A DNA stretch of 63,062 nucleotides, filler included, from Psammoneis japonica (lineage: Eukaryota): assembly GCA_008632985.1 (NCBI GenBank). It is 2 parts of 2 records of this genome, joined end to end, with 100 filler letters (N's around TTAATTAATTAA, not from the genome) between each part and the next. Parts side by side here need not be neighbours in the genome. Positions count along the whole stretch, not along the records: positions 1 to 31,836 come from QPGO01000397.1; 1 more part is not named here. One strand, given 5' to 3'. This document shows positions 1-11,400 of this stretch, piece after piece. The notes below the pieces were generated by a model that saw only the letters and a program-made list of their open reading frames with translations, was not told where the DNA came from and did no database searches. Position 1 is the first letter of the stretch. Each line of letters begins with the position of its first letter. A program made the translations under genes and the position numbers.

Positions 1-36
1 AGAGCAGTGTTGTGTTTGTTACAATCCCCTACCACC

Positions 37-852
37 ATGTCGGGACGTCTTGTGATTCTACCCAAAAAGAGTTATTGTCCATGGAAGCCGGAAAATGTCG
101 AAAGAGTATTGCGTGATGAGCGACTTGAAAAGGAACGATTGGAAGCGCTGGAGCAGCAAGAACAAAAGGACGAATCGCGACTGCGCCTCGATGCGTTGAA
201 AAGCAAAAACAGCGAGAAAACGCCGGCCAAAGAGGGACATGTGAATTTGTTTGAACCAGAGGAACGCGCCATGGTACAAAAAGCACTGACAGGGGACGAC
301 GTGAAGGAAAAGAGAAACCCGGGCATCATGCCGGTCGTGCTCGGCGGTACGGAACTGAAGAATCGTGGTGACAATGCTCCGTTCTACATGAAGAGCCGTA
401 CAAATACCGAGAAGGAAGCAAATGACAGAGAAGACAAGCGCAAAGCTAGCATGGATCCCATGCAAAGATTCGCGGTAGCTGCTTCTAATCATAAGCAGAA
501 GCGAAACAGAGACGAAGATGATTCAACTGCCAAACACAAGCGGAGAAGTCGTGAAGACTCAGATGTAGAGTCCTCCGACGAAAGCCACCATCGTGAAAGG
601 AGACGCAGGCATAAAGAGAAGAAACGACACAAGAGAAAGCATTCTAGAAGGAGAAGCGACGAAGACTCGTCAAAGCGAAAAAGGAAGCGCGAAAGCAGTT
701 CCATGGACGAACTAAGACGACGACGCGCAGAACGAGAACAACGGGAATCGCTTCGCGAAGGAGCGTTACGTCAAACACACAGCTCCAGTACAAATTACCA
801 TGGGAGTACTCATTATCAAGATCAGTACAATCCTAACTTAAGCCGCAATTAA
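37..852 (+). CDS. LENG1: LENG1-like protein (CIR N-terminal domain, splicing-associated)
   Basis: N-terminus ILPKKSYCPWKPENVERVLRDE and C-terminus YQDQYNPNLSR resemble LENG1 family ends; Lys/Arg/Ser-rich middle; first ATG at 37. Confidence 0.75.
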   Translation: MSGRLVILPKKSYCPWKPENVERVLRDERLEKERLEALEQQEQKDESRLRLDALKSKNSEKTPAKEGHVNLFEPEERAMVQKALTGDDVKEKRNPGIMPVVLGGTELKNRGDNAPFYMKSRTNTEKEANDREDKRKASMDPMQRFAVAASNHKQKRNRDEDDSTAKHKRRSREDSDVESSDESHHRERRRRHKEKKRHKRKHSRRRSDEDSSKRKRKRESSSMDELRRRRAEREQRESLREGALRQTHSSSTNYHGSTHYQDQYNPNLSRN

Positions 853-881
853 CTCACGGAAATCACTCCCTACAAAACTGT

Positions 882-3101
882 TCAAATGTGACAAAGCCTT
901 GATTCCGACGATGTGGAAACTGCCCCTTCTATCACGCCATCTTCTTGCACAATGGCAGGCCCAGACAAAGCATCGGGTGTGACAGACTTTGTTGCATTGA
1001 GAGGTGCCTTCAGTAGGCTAGATGTTGATACAGCCAAGCCTTCGTCGGCATTGCTGTCGAGCAATATTTCGCCGTCTTCTAACAGAATACCAGACGCAGA
1101 AACAACACGAATATCATCTGTTGGACTCACTAAAGGAGCACTTGCTGATGGAGTCTGCGAGGTGTTCTGAACACCAGGGCTATCAGCGGCGTCATCTGCT
1201 GAAGGAACATTTGACTGATCTTGACGAACGAGTTTTGTAAATGAATTCGGTGGTGGTCCGACGACCGAGGTGGGCGAGATATTGTCCGTGCCAGCATTCG
1301 ACAACTGCTCCATATCGAGCTTCGACATTACTTCATGGTCTCCATCCGTATGACTTTTCGGCTCGACTATTGTCTTCGTTGATATCTCGTCTTCGTCAAA
1401 GGGCATATCTTGCGCACTTGGCCCGTCCTCCTCTGAAGCCGTGGTTGAAGTGTTGGCCTGTACTGGACTGATTGAAACCCTGCTTGGCTGAGTGGCTTGT
1501 GTGGTAGAAAACCCAAACGAGAAAAAGCTCCCTTGTGTCGCATTGCCTGCGTCATCTTCAATACTTGTGCTTTGAGATGTCTTGCTCGCTTCTGTCTTAT
1601 CAGCTAGTAATCCCCCATTACTGTCTTCGTCACTGCTCGCCGAACTCGAGCTACTTGGAGTTGACGCTGGGCGCCTAAAGTTGAAGAACCTTCTCGCCTT
1701 TGATCCCTGGGCTTTCTTTCCCGCAAGGGGTTCCTCAGTGAGACTTTGCGCGCCTACAGAATTGGTGGGCGTTGCTTTATCTGCCACCGACAATTTGTTT
1801 GCGAGTTCCCCTTTTGCTACTGCCAGCTCTTTCACGTACGTTTCCATATATTCGGTATTCTCTTCCAGTTCAATTCGAAGATCGACAACCTTGCCTTCGA
1901 GAAGCTCTACTTGTCTCTTGCTGTCGGATAAGGCCTTTTTAAGTTTCGTCTCTTGATCCTCGTGAAGCGTTGTCAAAAGCTGGGTATGCACCAACTGACT
2001 ATTCAGATCAGTTATTTTTTGTTGTGCTTCTCTGTGTTGCTCTTCCAAGTCTCTCAACTTCTCCTGACTGGACTGTAACTCCTGCCGTAGTTCGTCAACT
2101 TCGCTTTCATTACTATCCTTGCCAACGTGATCCGTATCGCTACTGACCGATGATATTGATCCGGAGTCTTGTATGCTACTGTCTTGTCGGCTGAGACTGA
2201 CAGCTGTAGTTGTCTGCTGAAGCGCCCACATACTTCTCTCTCGTGTAATCAGTCCATTCAGCTTGTCGTACTGAGCAGAAATTCTTTTCTCTTCGTCTTT
2301 ACTGTTCTTAAGTTGAATAGTGAGTTCTTCGATTCTCTCCATACTTTCTTTCTCACGTTCATGACATTGTTTCAGCTCATCGCGGAATCTGTCCAGCACG
2401 GCGGACACGTTCTCGTCTTTGGTGTCTCTCACGACCCGCAACGTCTGCCGGAGTTCACTAACCAACGAAACATTTAACTCTTCCTTGGATTGATCATCTT
2501 GGGAATCTTGATCGCTTTGTTCGATTCTGTCATCGTTATCATCGTCAAATGTATTGAGATCTTGCAGTTTCATTGTCAGACTCTCGATCGTCGCAGTACT
2601 TTCCTCCTCGCGAGCTTGAGAAATTCGCACGAGGCGATTAAGGTCTTCGATTGTAGCCGTGTCCTCTTCGATACGGGCTTGGCAGTTTGTGAGCGCATGT
2701 TTGAAATCATCAATCTCTTTGAGAGTCTCCTTCTCTCGTGCTTTGGTTTCTTCCAGTTCACGTACGAGATCATTCTGTGCAGCACCAAGCTCCGCTTCAC
2801 GCTCACGTGATTTCAGTAATCTCTTAATTTCGGCTTGGCTGTCCTTTAGACTCTCGGCAAGACTCTTCACTTGAGCAGAGACTTCTTTTTCTCGAGTCTC
2901 ATACGCAAGGAGATCGCTGTTTAGATCTGATACTGTACTACGAGATAGCTGTAGTTGACTGCTCAACTTTGTTATCCTTGTCATGGACGTAACATGCTGA
3001 AGCTCCATTTGCTTGATCATGACAAAGATATCTGCAAACGACAGGCCCATCAACGCATTCACACCATTGCCCTCCTCTTCTTCGTCATGAAGGTTGCTCA
3101 T
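882..3101 (-). CDS. Coiled-coil protein with Ser/Thr/Asp-rich disordered C-terminus, function unknown
   Basis: Uninterrupted ORF of about 740 codons with heptad-like E/L/K/Q-rich N-terminal half; ATG at 3101. Confidence 0.75.
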   Translation of the reverse strand: MSNLHDEEEEGNGVNALMGLSFADIFVMIKQMELQHVTSMTRITKLSSQLQLSRSTVSDLNSDLLAYETREKEVSAQVKSLAESLKDSQAEIKRLLKSREREAELGAAQNDLVRELEETKAREKETLKEIDDFKHALTNCQARIEEDTATIEDLNRLVRISQAREEESTATIESLTMKLQDLNTFDDDNDDRIEQSDQDSQDDQSKEELNVSLVSELRQTLRVVRDTKDENVSAVLDRFRDELKQCHEREKESMERIEELTIQLKNSKDEEKRISAQYDKLNGLITRERSMWALQQTTTAVSLSRQDSSIQDSGSISSVSSDTDHVGKDSNESEVDELRQELQSSQEKLRDLEEQHREAQQKITDLNSQLVHTQLLTTLHEDQETKLKKALSDSKRQVELLEGKVVDLRIELEENTEYMETYVKELAVAKGELANKLSVADKATPTNSVGAQSLTEEPLAGKKAQGSKARRFFNFRRPASTPSSSSSASSDEDSNGGLLADKTEASKTSQSTSIEDDAGNATQGSFFSFGFSTTQATQPSRVSISPVQANTSTTASEEDGPSAQDMPFDEDEISTKTIVEPKSHTDGDHEVMSKLDMEQLSNAGTDNISPTSVVGPPPNSFTKLVRQDQSNVPSADDAADSPGVQNTSQTPSASAPLVSPTDDIRVVSASGILLEDGEILLDSNADEGLAVSTSSLLKAPLNATKSVTPDALSGPAIVQEDGVIEGAVSTSSESRLCHI

Positions 3102-3667
3102 TGTGTACTGTACGGTATGTTTCGTCCCGAAAACGAACTGTGAGGAGAACAGTCGCACCAAAAGCTTCTTCTCGATTCTGAGAAAAGTCTGTGATACACT
3201 TCTTGCTTTCTCTGGAAGCCTTATAGGACGATGAGTTTGTCGTTCATCTCTCGTGAATGGAAGAAACGGGCAAACATACCGCTATCATGAGCAAAATACC
3301 GCTGATCTGCAGAGAAACGTCGTGTGACAAACACCCTTGAGGTTGTCGTTTTGTATTTTGACCGTTTGCTTTTGAATGAGCCGACAATTTGAATTTATTA
3401 GCGTGTGTAGCTCGAATTAAATAAAAATATTTTTATTGATGTTTTATATAAATTCAACGAGGTACGCATAAAAGTAAACAAACTTCATTGAGTCTTCATC
3501 GAGCGACAGACAAACTGCAAACGCCGACCCGCTCCCATCGCGCGGTGTGTTGGTGGATGAAGGTCCACGTGGAACCATCAACTCCAACTTGGCAACTGCG
3601 CCACCGACGATTTTTTTTGGCAAAAAACTTACGAAAAGCAAGCGACAGCGCCGCCGTTCCGACGACA

Positions 3668-4621
3668 ATGACGGCTGATCCGGAAAACGAGACGGTGTTT
3701 TACAAGCTTGTGGTGCAGTATAATGGAAAACGCTATAATGGATTTCAACGACAACAGCCTTCATCTCAAGTCCAAGTCGAAAGCGACGCCACGCTCAAGA
3801 AGAGGCCGCGACGACGACATCAGCACAGAATTGGCTTTCGGACGGTTCAAGATTGTCTGGAAGAAGCCTTGAGTCGATGGACCAACCTCTCTGTAGCGAC
3901 GTTGCGTTTACGTGTTTCTGGACGAACGGATAAGGGTGTGCATGCGACGGGGCAGGTTGTCGCGGTCGACATGCCCAAAGGTACCTTGGAAGAGGGATTA
4001 GAGGAGTGGCAGCTCTGTCGGGCCCTCAACACTCGCCTACCAAACGATGTGTCTGTACACAGTATGGTGGAATGTGCTGCCGAGTTTGAACCGCGACATG
4101 GAGTCGTTTCTAAACAATACACTTACACTATACGGTTTCGCCGTTTAGTCCTTGGAGAGAACAACGAGCCTTTGATTATCTGCAACAGCGGGCCCCACAC
4201 TTTGAGAACGGCACATGATTCAGACTGCCTGTACTTGTGTCCGTGGGCATTGGACGATTCAATTATGCAGGACGTATGTGACATACTGACTGGGAAACAT
4301 GACTTTAGTTGCTTTGTTCACAAGAGAGCGAGAAATCAAAAGGACAATGTCATCGACTTGACTCGATTCGATGTGGATTATTTGCCGTCTAGCGACGATA
4401 CATCTTCTCCTGCCCCAGTTTGCAATGTAAAGTTTACATTGGAGGCTTGCGGCTTCCGCCGTGCCATGGTTCGTAACCTGGTTGGGTTTGTTGTGGATGT
4501 CTGCCGAGGCACCTTGTCTCAGGATGACATTCCCAAATTCCTAACCGGTGACGACGAAGCTGCGTCTCTTGTCAATTGTGCTCCTGCTAGCGGCCTGTGT
4601 CTCAGTCACGTTGTTTATTAA
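3668..4621 (+). CDS. truA: tRNA pseudouridine synthase, TruA/Pus1-Pus3 family
   Basis: YNGKRYNGFQ, catalytic SGRTDKGVHATGQV, GKHDFSCF, GFRRAMVRNLVG, APASGLCL; start may instead be ATG 3557. Confidence 0.92.
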   Translation: MTADPENETVFYKLVVQYNGKRYNGFQRQQPSSQVQVESDATLKKRPRRRHQHRIGFRTVQDCLEEALSRWTNLSVATLRLRVSGRTDKGVHATGQVVAVDMPKGTLEEGLEEWQLCRALNTRLPNDVSVHSMVECAAEFEPRHGVVSKQYTYTIRFRRLVLGENNEPLIICNSGPHTLRTAHDSDCLYLCPWALDDSIMQDVCDILTGKHDFSCFVHKRARNQKDNVIDLTRFDVDYLPSSDDTSSPAPVCNVKFTLEACGFRRAMVRNLVGFVVDVCRGTLSQDDIPKFLTGDDEAASLVNCAPASGLCLSHVVY

Positions 4622-4725
4622 GTCCCAAACTAGAACTCGAATAATCAATAGTGCCAAATCGTTGTGCTCTCAATTTCCCTACCGGGCGAGCAGAAGTAGA
4701 GTCCTTCTGGGTTTCGTACCGTACT

Positions 4726-5373
4726 TTATCGATGAAGGTTCATGTACAATTTTTCGTACTCATCACTTATGTCCGACCTGAGTAGCATTCTGATCCGCTT
4801 TTCACGGTAAGACTGCTTCTCGGCTTCTCGTTTCCGTCGTTGTCGCCGTTGTGCCTTAGTTTCTGTCGGGGGGTCCTGACTGGCTTTTGACTCGCTTGCT
4901 TTGGTATGTGTAATTCTTGCCTCTTTAGGCTTTCCACAGCCCAAACCTTTCTTGTCTTTTTTCAACACAGTCTTGACGGGAAGCATAGCTCCCTGTCGTT
5001 CACGGCCCAGTCCGCCGCTCTGCTCGTTCCAGCCCATTTTTTCCAGCAATTGATAACCACGATTGGACTGATCAATCGCCAGAGACGTAAGCTTGGGAGG
5101 GTCTGAAAGAGCTCTTTTGTAGACCCGTGCAAAACTCGTCTCTTCCTTTGGCGTATTCGTATAATCGTTAGGTATGACAGCAACGTCGGTTAGAGAAGAA
5201 GAAGAATGCGACCTGTCCCGTAATCTCTTCGCTTGAGAACTTTGTGCCTCCCCCGACAGAGAAGTCGATTTCAGAACCGTATTCCCAAGGAGATTTGCAT
5301 AAAACTCATGAGGAGGCTCCTCCTCAATCATGACTGGAGGCTGTGGATGCGGATTATGAGCGTTGTCACTCAT
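4726..5373 (-). CDS. G-patch domain protein
   Basis: SNRGYQLLEKMGWNEQSGGLGRERQGAMLPV G-patch motif followed by DKKGLG; start at ATG 5373 is inferred. Confidence 0.85.
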   Translation of the reverse strand: MSDNAHNPHPQPPVMIEEEPPHEFYANLLGNTVLKSTSLSGEAQSSQAKRLRDRSHSSSSLTDVAVIPNDYTNTPKEETSFARVYKRALSDPPKLTSLAIDQSNRGYQLLEKMGWNEQSGGLGRERQGAMLPVKTVLKKDKKGLGCGKPKEARITHTKASESKASQDPPTETKAQRRQRRKREAEKQSYREKRIRMLLRSDISDEYEKLYMNLHR

Positions 5374-5791
5374 CCTACAAGCAAATACAACGTTGCTTCG
5401 TATTGCAGTTGTTTTCAGTTGTGGCCGCTTTAGCGAAATTTCATCGCCGCCATTGTGTGCCGTGTGCCGGGTGTCCGATCGTCGCTCGTCCTCGTCGCGC
5501 GCGCACACAGCTGGCTGGCGCTCGTTGATCTCAAGGCAGTCGAAGAGGTCGAACTGCCCGAATGCGAACCCCGCGCGAACCATTGGCACGCACGAACCAC
5601 GACTGGAAAGGGTGTCAAACCGAGGTGCCACATTGACACCACCAACTGTCAGGAAAGAGCGAAAGAGAATCCATCACGCGACATCAATTCGTTTCTCAGC
5701 GCTTCCCGCTCATAAAAAGAAAAAGCAATCAAATAGAACTAACAGAAGAAAAAGAAAAGAGAAAGAAAAGAAAGTCGAATCGAAAACCACA

Positions 5792-7299
5792 ATGAGCGAC
5801 TCTGATACCTACATGCCTCCCGACCTACTCCCGCCGGAGTACAACAGGCCTGCCATCTCCACTCGACGACTTTCGCGACTTGATCTCCAGAGAGCCATGA
5901 CTGACGTAAAGCGCTTTGTCGAACAGCGCCTAGAAGAGGACCTTAACCTCGTCAAGGTATGGAATGTGTGATGCTTATGCACGTCACATCCTTTTAATTC
6001 TTCTAACACACTGTTTGGATGTTTCCCACTATTCGTTCTCGATAATTTAGCATACGGCACCACTCGCGTTTATGAGAGGCACCGGCGTCAATGACGAGTT
6101 GGATGGTACCGAGTCCAAGAAGGCTGTGAGATTCACTGTACCAAACAGAGACATCCCTCGAGGAATCAAGGTTAGCGAAGAAGTCATGAAGAAACACAGT
6201 AAGTATGAAATGGATTGCGAAGTCGTGCAGTCTCTAGCCAAGTGGAAGAGAATCATGCTTGACCGTCTCGGCATCCAAGTTGGTGAAGGTATGTATTGCG
6301 ATTCGACCTCTATTCGCAAGGGATACAAGGCAAGTGCAAAACTGTAAAGTTGTGGACTGACGCGCGTGACAGGAGACTCATACTCGCCTCTTTTCTCAAT
6401 GTTCGCCGCAGGGAGACGTTACCCACTCTGCTGTTGCCGACCAGTGGGACTTCGAGATTCGCATCAATAAGGAGGATCGAAAAGTTGAAAAACTCAAGGA
6501 GTTTGTGCGGATCATTTGGAAGGTAAGTGGAGCCTTGGGTGATTCCAACGCTGTAAAAGCATCTGGACGGTTGTTCTCACCAAAATTCCTTGCAACATTA
6601 TTGTTTCAGATTGTTACCGATGCGGAGGACTACATTCTTGAAAAGTATCCTCAGATTCTCCTGGAAGGGCACTCCACTTATGAGTGGAGGCTACCAAAAG
6701 AAATTACGTTCATCACCTCGGAAGACTTGCATGCTCACTTTCCTGAACTCAGTGTCAGGGAACGCGAGACGGAAATTGTTCGGAGGTATGGTGCGGTGTT
6801 TATTATTGGCATGGGCTGGCCCATGAAGGACGGTTCGCCTCCGGAAGAAGTTAGGGCTCCCGGCTATGACGATTGGAATCTCAACGGAGACATTATGACA
6901 ATGGTAAGTCGAAATCATCCCGCCCTCTGAATGGTGTTCTTGATTTGCTATTGCGCTCATTTTTTCTTTTTCTTTTCCCAACGTCGCTAGCACCCATTGA
7001 CTGGCTATCGTCACGAGATTAGCAGTATGGGAATCCGTGTAGACCGTGACGCACTCTTGGCTCAGATGGAGCACCGAGGAGTGATGCACGAAGCCAACTT
7101 GGACTTCCAAAAGGCGGTGATCGAGGAGAGACTCCCGTACTGCTACGGAGGCGGACTTGGCATTTCCCGTCTGCTCATGTTGTTGCTAAGGACTGGGCAC
7201 ATTGGTGAAGTGCAGGTGGGCCTTTGGCATGATGCTCACTACAAACAAGCGGCTGAAGCTGGGATTGATATTATTCCCGACCGTATCGTGAAAGTTTAG
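5792..7299 (+). CDS. asnA: Aspartate-ammonia ligase (asparagine synthetase A); exons 5792-5956, 6051-6329, 6412-6522, 6610-6903, 6991-7299 (385 aa)
   Basis: Spliced product contains EVVQSLAKWKR, HSAVADQWDFE, RAPGYDDWNLNGDI, EISSMGIRVD, GGGLGISRLLM, HIGEVQVGLW; exons join in frame at three GT-AG introns and one GC-AG intron. Confidence 0.93.
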
Positions 7300-8445
7300 G
7301 CTTTTCATGCCGAAGCACTTTCTGCCAGATGCGCATGGCATAGAGGAGAACTAGAAAACGCTACAGCTAAGAAAACACTACATGTTAGAAATAGAGGCGT
7401 AGGTTGATTCATTTATAATTGGGCCCTAGTAGTTGCATACCGTATTGCTCTGGTAACAGCTGTAGCTAAGTCACTCGTTCGCACGACGATTACAGCATTC
7501 GAGAGAAACACAACCGTTGTTTGAGACTCGCCAGTAGAACTTAACTTAGATACAGTACCGGTGTTATGGGTTGAATAGACTAGAGCTACTAGAGAGTAAG
7601 AAAAGGTAAAATTTGGGTTTTCCACTCCACAGAGTGCTGGTAGCAGCATCTCTTTCATCAGCTGAGATCGGAAACACAACACATAGTTGCCACCAGCATG
7701 CTCTGTGCGTTCTGTTCCTGCAAGAGGCATCAAATCCACGTAGCTTATGTGACATATCGCGCACGCCGTGAATGGCAAGATCTGGAACACTCATGGGCGG
7801 GCCGCAAAAGGCAAGCTTAGTAACCACCACGAAAGCTCTCGGAACGCTGCACCGCGTCAGCACTGAGCCAACGACACTTTCATAGGCGTTAAGAACACAG
7901 CAAGGTGCGCCTCCCGAGAATTATGTCGGCACGGTACAACAGTTCACATACGATGGCGCGCTACCTCAAAATCAGACTGCAAATAAGAAAAAGCCAAGCA
8001 CCAATTCCCTTATCTCGATTCGTCGCTATGGGACAACAAAGTCCGCTGTCACGCTTAGAACTGCCTGGTAGATACTCAAGGGCATATTAGGAATATTTTG
8101 TCTCTCAATGACAGCGCATCCCAATCTGACCGGTCTTGTCATCCACCTTTGAGAACCTTGGCGAGGTCTGGCCAGAGGGTCTCCAATCTGTAATATGCGC
8201 GGTCTTTCGTCCGAGACATGTGCTGAATGATCTCCCTCGCAGCTGGTGCAAAATCATTGTCGACTTTTCGTATCCTCCAGAGATTTGGCAACGCAGCAAA
8301 TTTCGCTGGCGCCAACGTATCATGAAGAAACGAAGCTCCATTACACAGTAACCACTCTCTAGAAATCAAAGTGATAGCAAAACCAAAGCATGCGAAGAGC
8401 TATACGCAGCTTTCATTAGAGAACGCATCTTGGGTTCACAAGTTC

Positions 8446-11400
8446 TCATGCTTTATCAGGCCCGATATTATGAGCAAATACTTCCAAACTTTTGGGAATG
8501 GGAGGAGTTGTTTCGTCCACGCGATGCTCCTCAACGTATCGCACCAACTCATCTTTCAATGATAAGTCATCCCATTCTGGCTTGTCTCGATCACACTTGA
8601 GACGTTCAATGAGGTCTGGCCACAATCTTCCGACTAGATACCTTGCGGGATCATCTATCCGGGCCTCAAGGTAGATCATCCTCTTTACAGCTTCAGCAAA
8701 CCTGTCGACTTCGTCTAGCTTCCAAAGATACGACAATATCTTCAAATTTTTCCGCTTCCGTCGCATCATGAAAGTGTTGAGCTCCATGACACAGTAGCGA
8801 CTCTCTAGAAATTTGGGTGACAATATTATCACTGCATGGGAACACGTATGCGCAGCTTCGAGTAGAGAATGCATCTGGTCTTCCCCTGTTTTCAAGCTTC
8901 CATCATCCATGAAGGTCTTGACGCCCATTCTTTTGGTGAGAAACCAACGCGTCGGACGAGCAATACTCTCTTTGGTGTCGATGCCTCTATGAGACAAAAA
9001 CACATACGGATCGCCACCAAGGTTGACCTGCCAAACACTGCTTGGATCTGGCACCTCGTCCATTGACAACTCCCCCACATCTGTCTTGATACCATCCATC
9101 AGTGTTTGCGTGTACAAGCCAGAGACGTTTCGTTCACCAGCTGTATTCGTCGAGGCGTCGGGGCCGCTCAGCTCATCGCTCGTGCGTTTTCTGTCAGCGA
9201 GAGGAGACTGGATGCAATGCCCATCGGCATCATGACCGATTTCTTGAGCTTCGGGAAAGTGAGCAACACGAGCCATCATCTGATTCAGCAGCTCCTTATG
9301 CCTCGATGCCCTTCCGATCTTGTTGTGGATGGGTTCTCCCACCCGAAAATTAATGTTTTTTCTGCAATTACGACAAAAATGCGAACTCATTCTCCTGTCT
9401 GGATTTGTCACTTTCGACCATCCAAATAACTGGGAATCTTGTCCTCTACCAGCACTAACACAGCAATGACATGCGAACACCACGTCATACTGCAGACCTG
9501 CAAAGTGATCCTTCACTTCGTCACGAGCAAAACTAACGGCACCGTTTAATAGGCCCCAAATTTCTTCCCTAAGCGCGTCATCCTTTGGATATCGTACAGA
9601 AAACACCAAGTACGGCTCGCCGCCGTCTATCTCAACAAGCTTGGACCGGATGTATCGATCCTTCTCGTCAAGCACAATCGCGCCATTCAGACATGCACAT
9701 ACACAATTCCCATATGCATGGGTTGCAGCAGCAAAGTGTGCAGTAAGACTCGTGGGACAGCCCCTGTACATTATAAAGCGCAAATCTCGCTGCTCGTGTT
9801 CGTCTGGTACTCGCTCTGGCCACATATCCTCCCAATCCGACGGTATTTCTTTCTTTAAACGGAAGAGGACCACGGGAATAACATCAGCAGAGACTCGAGA
9901 ACTGGCTTTCTCCTTTGTAGAAGAGTTCGGATGAGGTGACGAAGCAAATACGACGTCCGATTCAAGAAGCATCTGCAGAATCATTCGGTAGTCTTCTTGA
10001 TCAATTTTGAAGTCACGCCACAAAAAGGGAAGGATGAGTGCGTCCAGCTCTCCGCTACGAGTCAAATCTCTCAGTCCCTCCATTATATCTTGTCGTAGTC
10101 CAATTCTTTTGCTCTCGCAAATCTCGACGAAAGTCTCAACTTCCTTGCCAAACTCCGAGGATTCAATTTTTTCTGGCGTCAACGTGTGGTCTATGAGAGG
10201 TTTGATCAAGTCGGTTACAAAAGACGGTTGCAAATACGCCAGCCCAGCATCAACAAAAATACTGCCCCGGGCTTCAAGAAGTCCTAGTGCATCGCCAAAC
10301 GTAGTGTCATCAGCCAAGGGGGAGTGCAAGAAGCGGAATTTATTCCACAATGACTTGAGCCTCTTCACTGAACAGTATGGTCCTTTGGCTGGTATCTCCA
10401 TTTCGCCGTCTGTAGTCGTCTTCATATTCCCAATCTCGCCCAATGGAATGGCATCATCGGAACTTGCTACAGAGAAAAGCGCTTCTTCATCGGCATCTGT
10501 ACCGCACTGAAGAACAGCGCCAAAGAATTTCCACAGCTCTTGCCATGACTTTGGGATGAGCGTACCGACACTTGACAACCTGGGCTCTGCGTGATCCTGC
10601 GTGTGCCTAAAGATGGTATTGCTCACCTGTTCCTGCGAACCTGCAATCGCGCTGCGGCTCGTTACGGATACTTTCAGGACATTGGGTAGGATCCGGAGCA
10701 GCGGCGGCTTCTTTCTTTCCATCGAGTCGTCCTCTGCAATGACACGATCTTGAAGAGCAACTTGCTCTCTTTCTCGAATAGCGGCGGCATTGCGCCATGC
10801 TTGAAGCTGCCCTTGGACTTTGTCGTTGAGCCATCGCACTCTTTCCTCGAGCCATTGCTTTCGTTCAGCCTCGTCCAACTCGTCCGGCACAAGATCAACC
10901 TTGGACAGGACAAGTTGTACTACGGCACCCGGCGCCCTTGCCTGTAGTAGCACAAGAAAGCGATGCACTACGTCTTCATAGCAATCGTCGTGTGCCTTAT
11001 CCGCCGCCACGACTAGTAAAAAGAGTGACGACGCTGTCATGAATGGCGCTTGCCCGACAGCATAGTCTTGCTGACCACCGCAGTCATAGACCATTAGCGT
11101 AATTGGATCATCGCTGAGTCCTTCGGGTGCATCTATCTGCACAGGTTCCACATTGAGATAGATGGTCCGTTCCTCCTCACCCTCTGTCCGCGCCGGGAAA
11201 CGGCCGGCAATGGCATTGCGCAGGCTCGTCTTTCCTGCTTCCCCGTCCCCCACGAGCACCGCCTTGAGCTGTCTGGATGTGATTGCCCCCCCTTTATCCA
11301 CGGCTTCAAAGTAACGAGCAATCGCCTCGAGGCCCTGTTCGGCAACCTCGGACGGGGGTTCCAACAGTGGATTACCGATCACATTAAAATATTCGCACGT

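Noticed and set aside
7300..8440. Short ORFs between asnA and the Roco gene
   Set aside because: No recognisable motifs or consistent splice structure.
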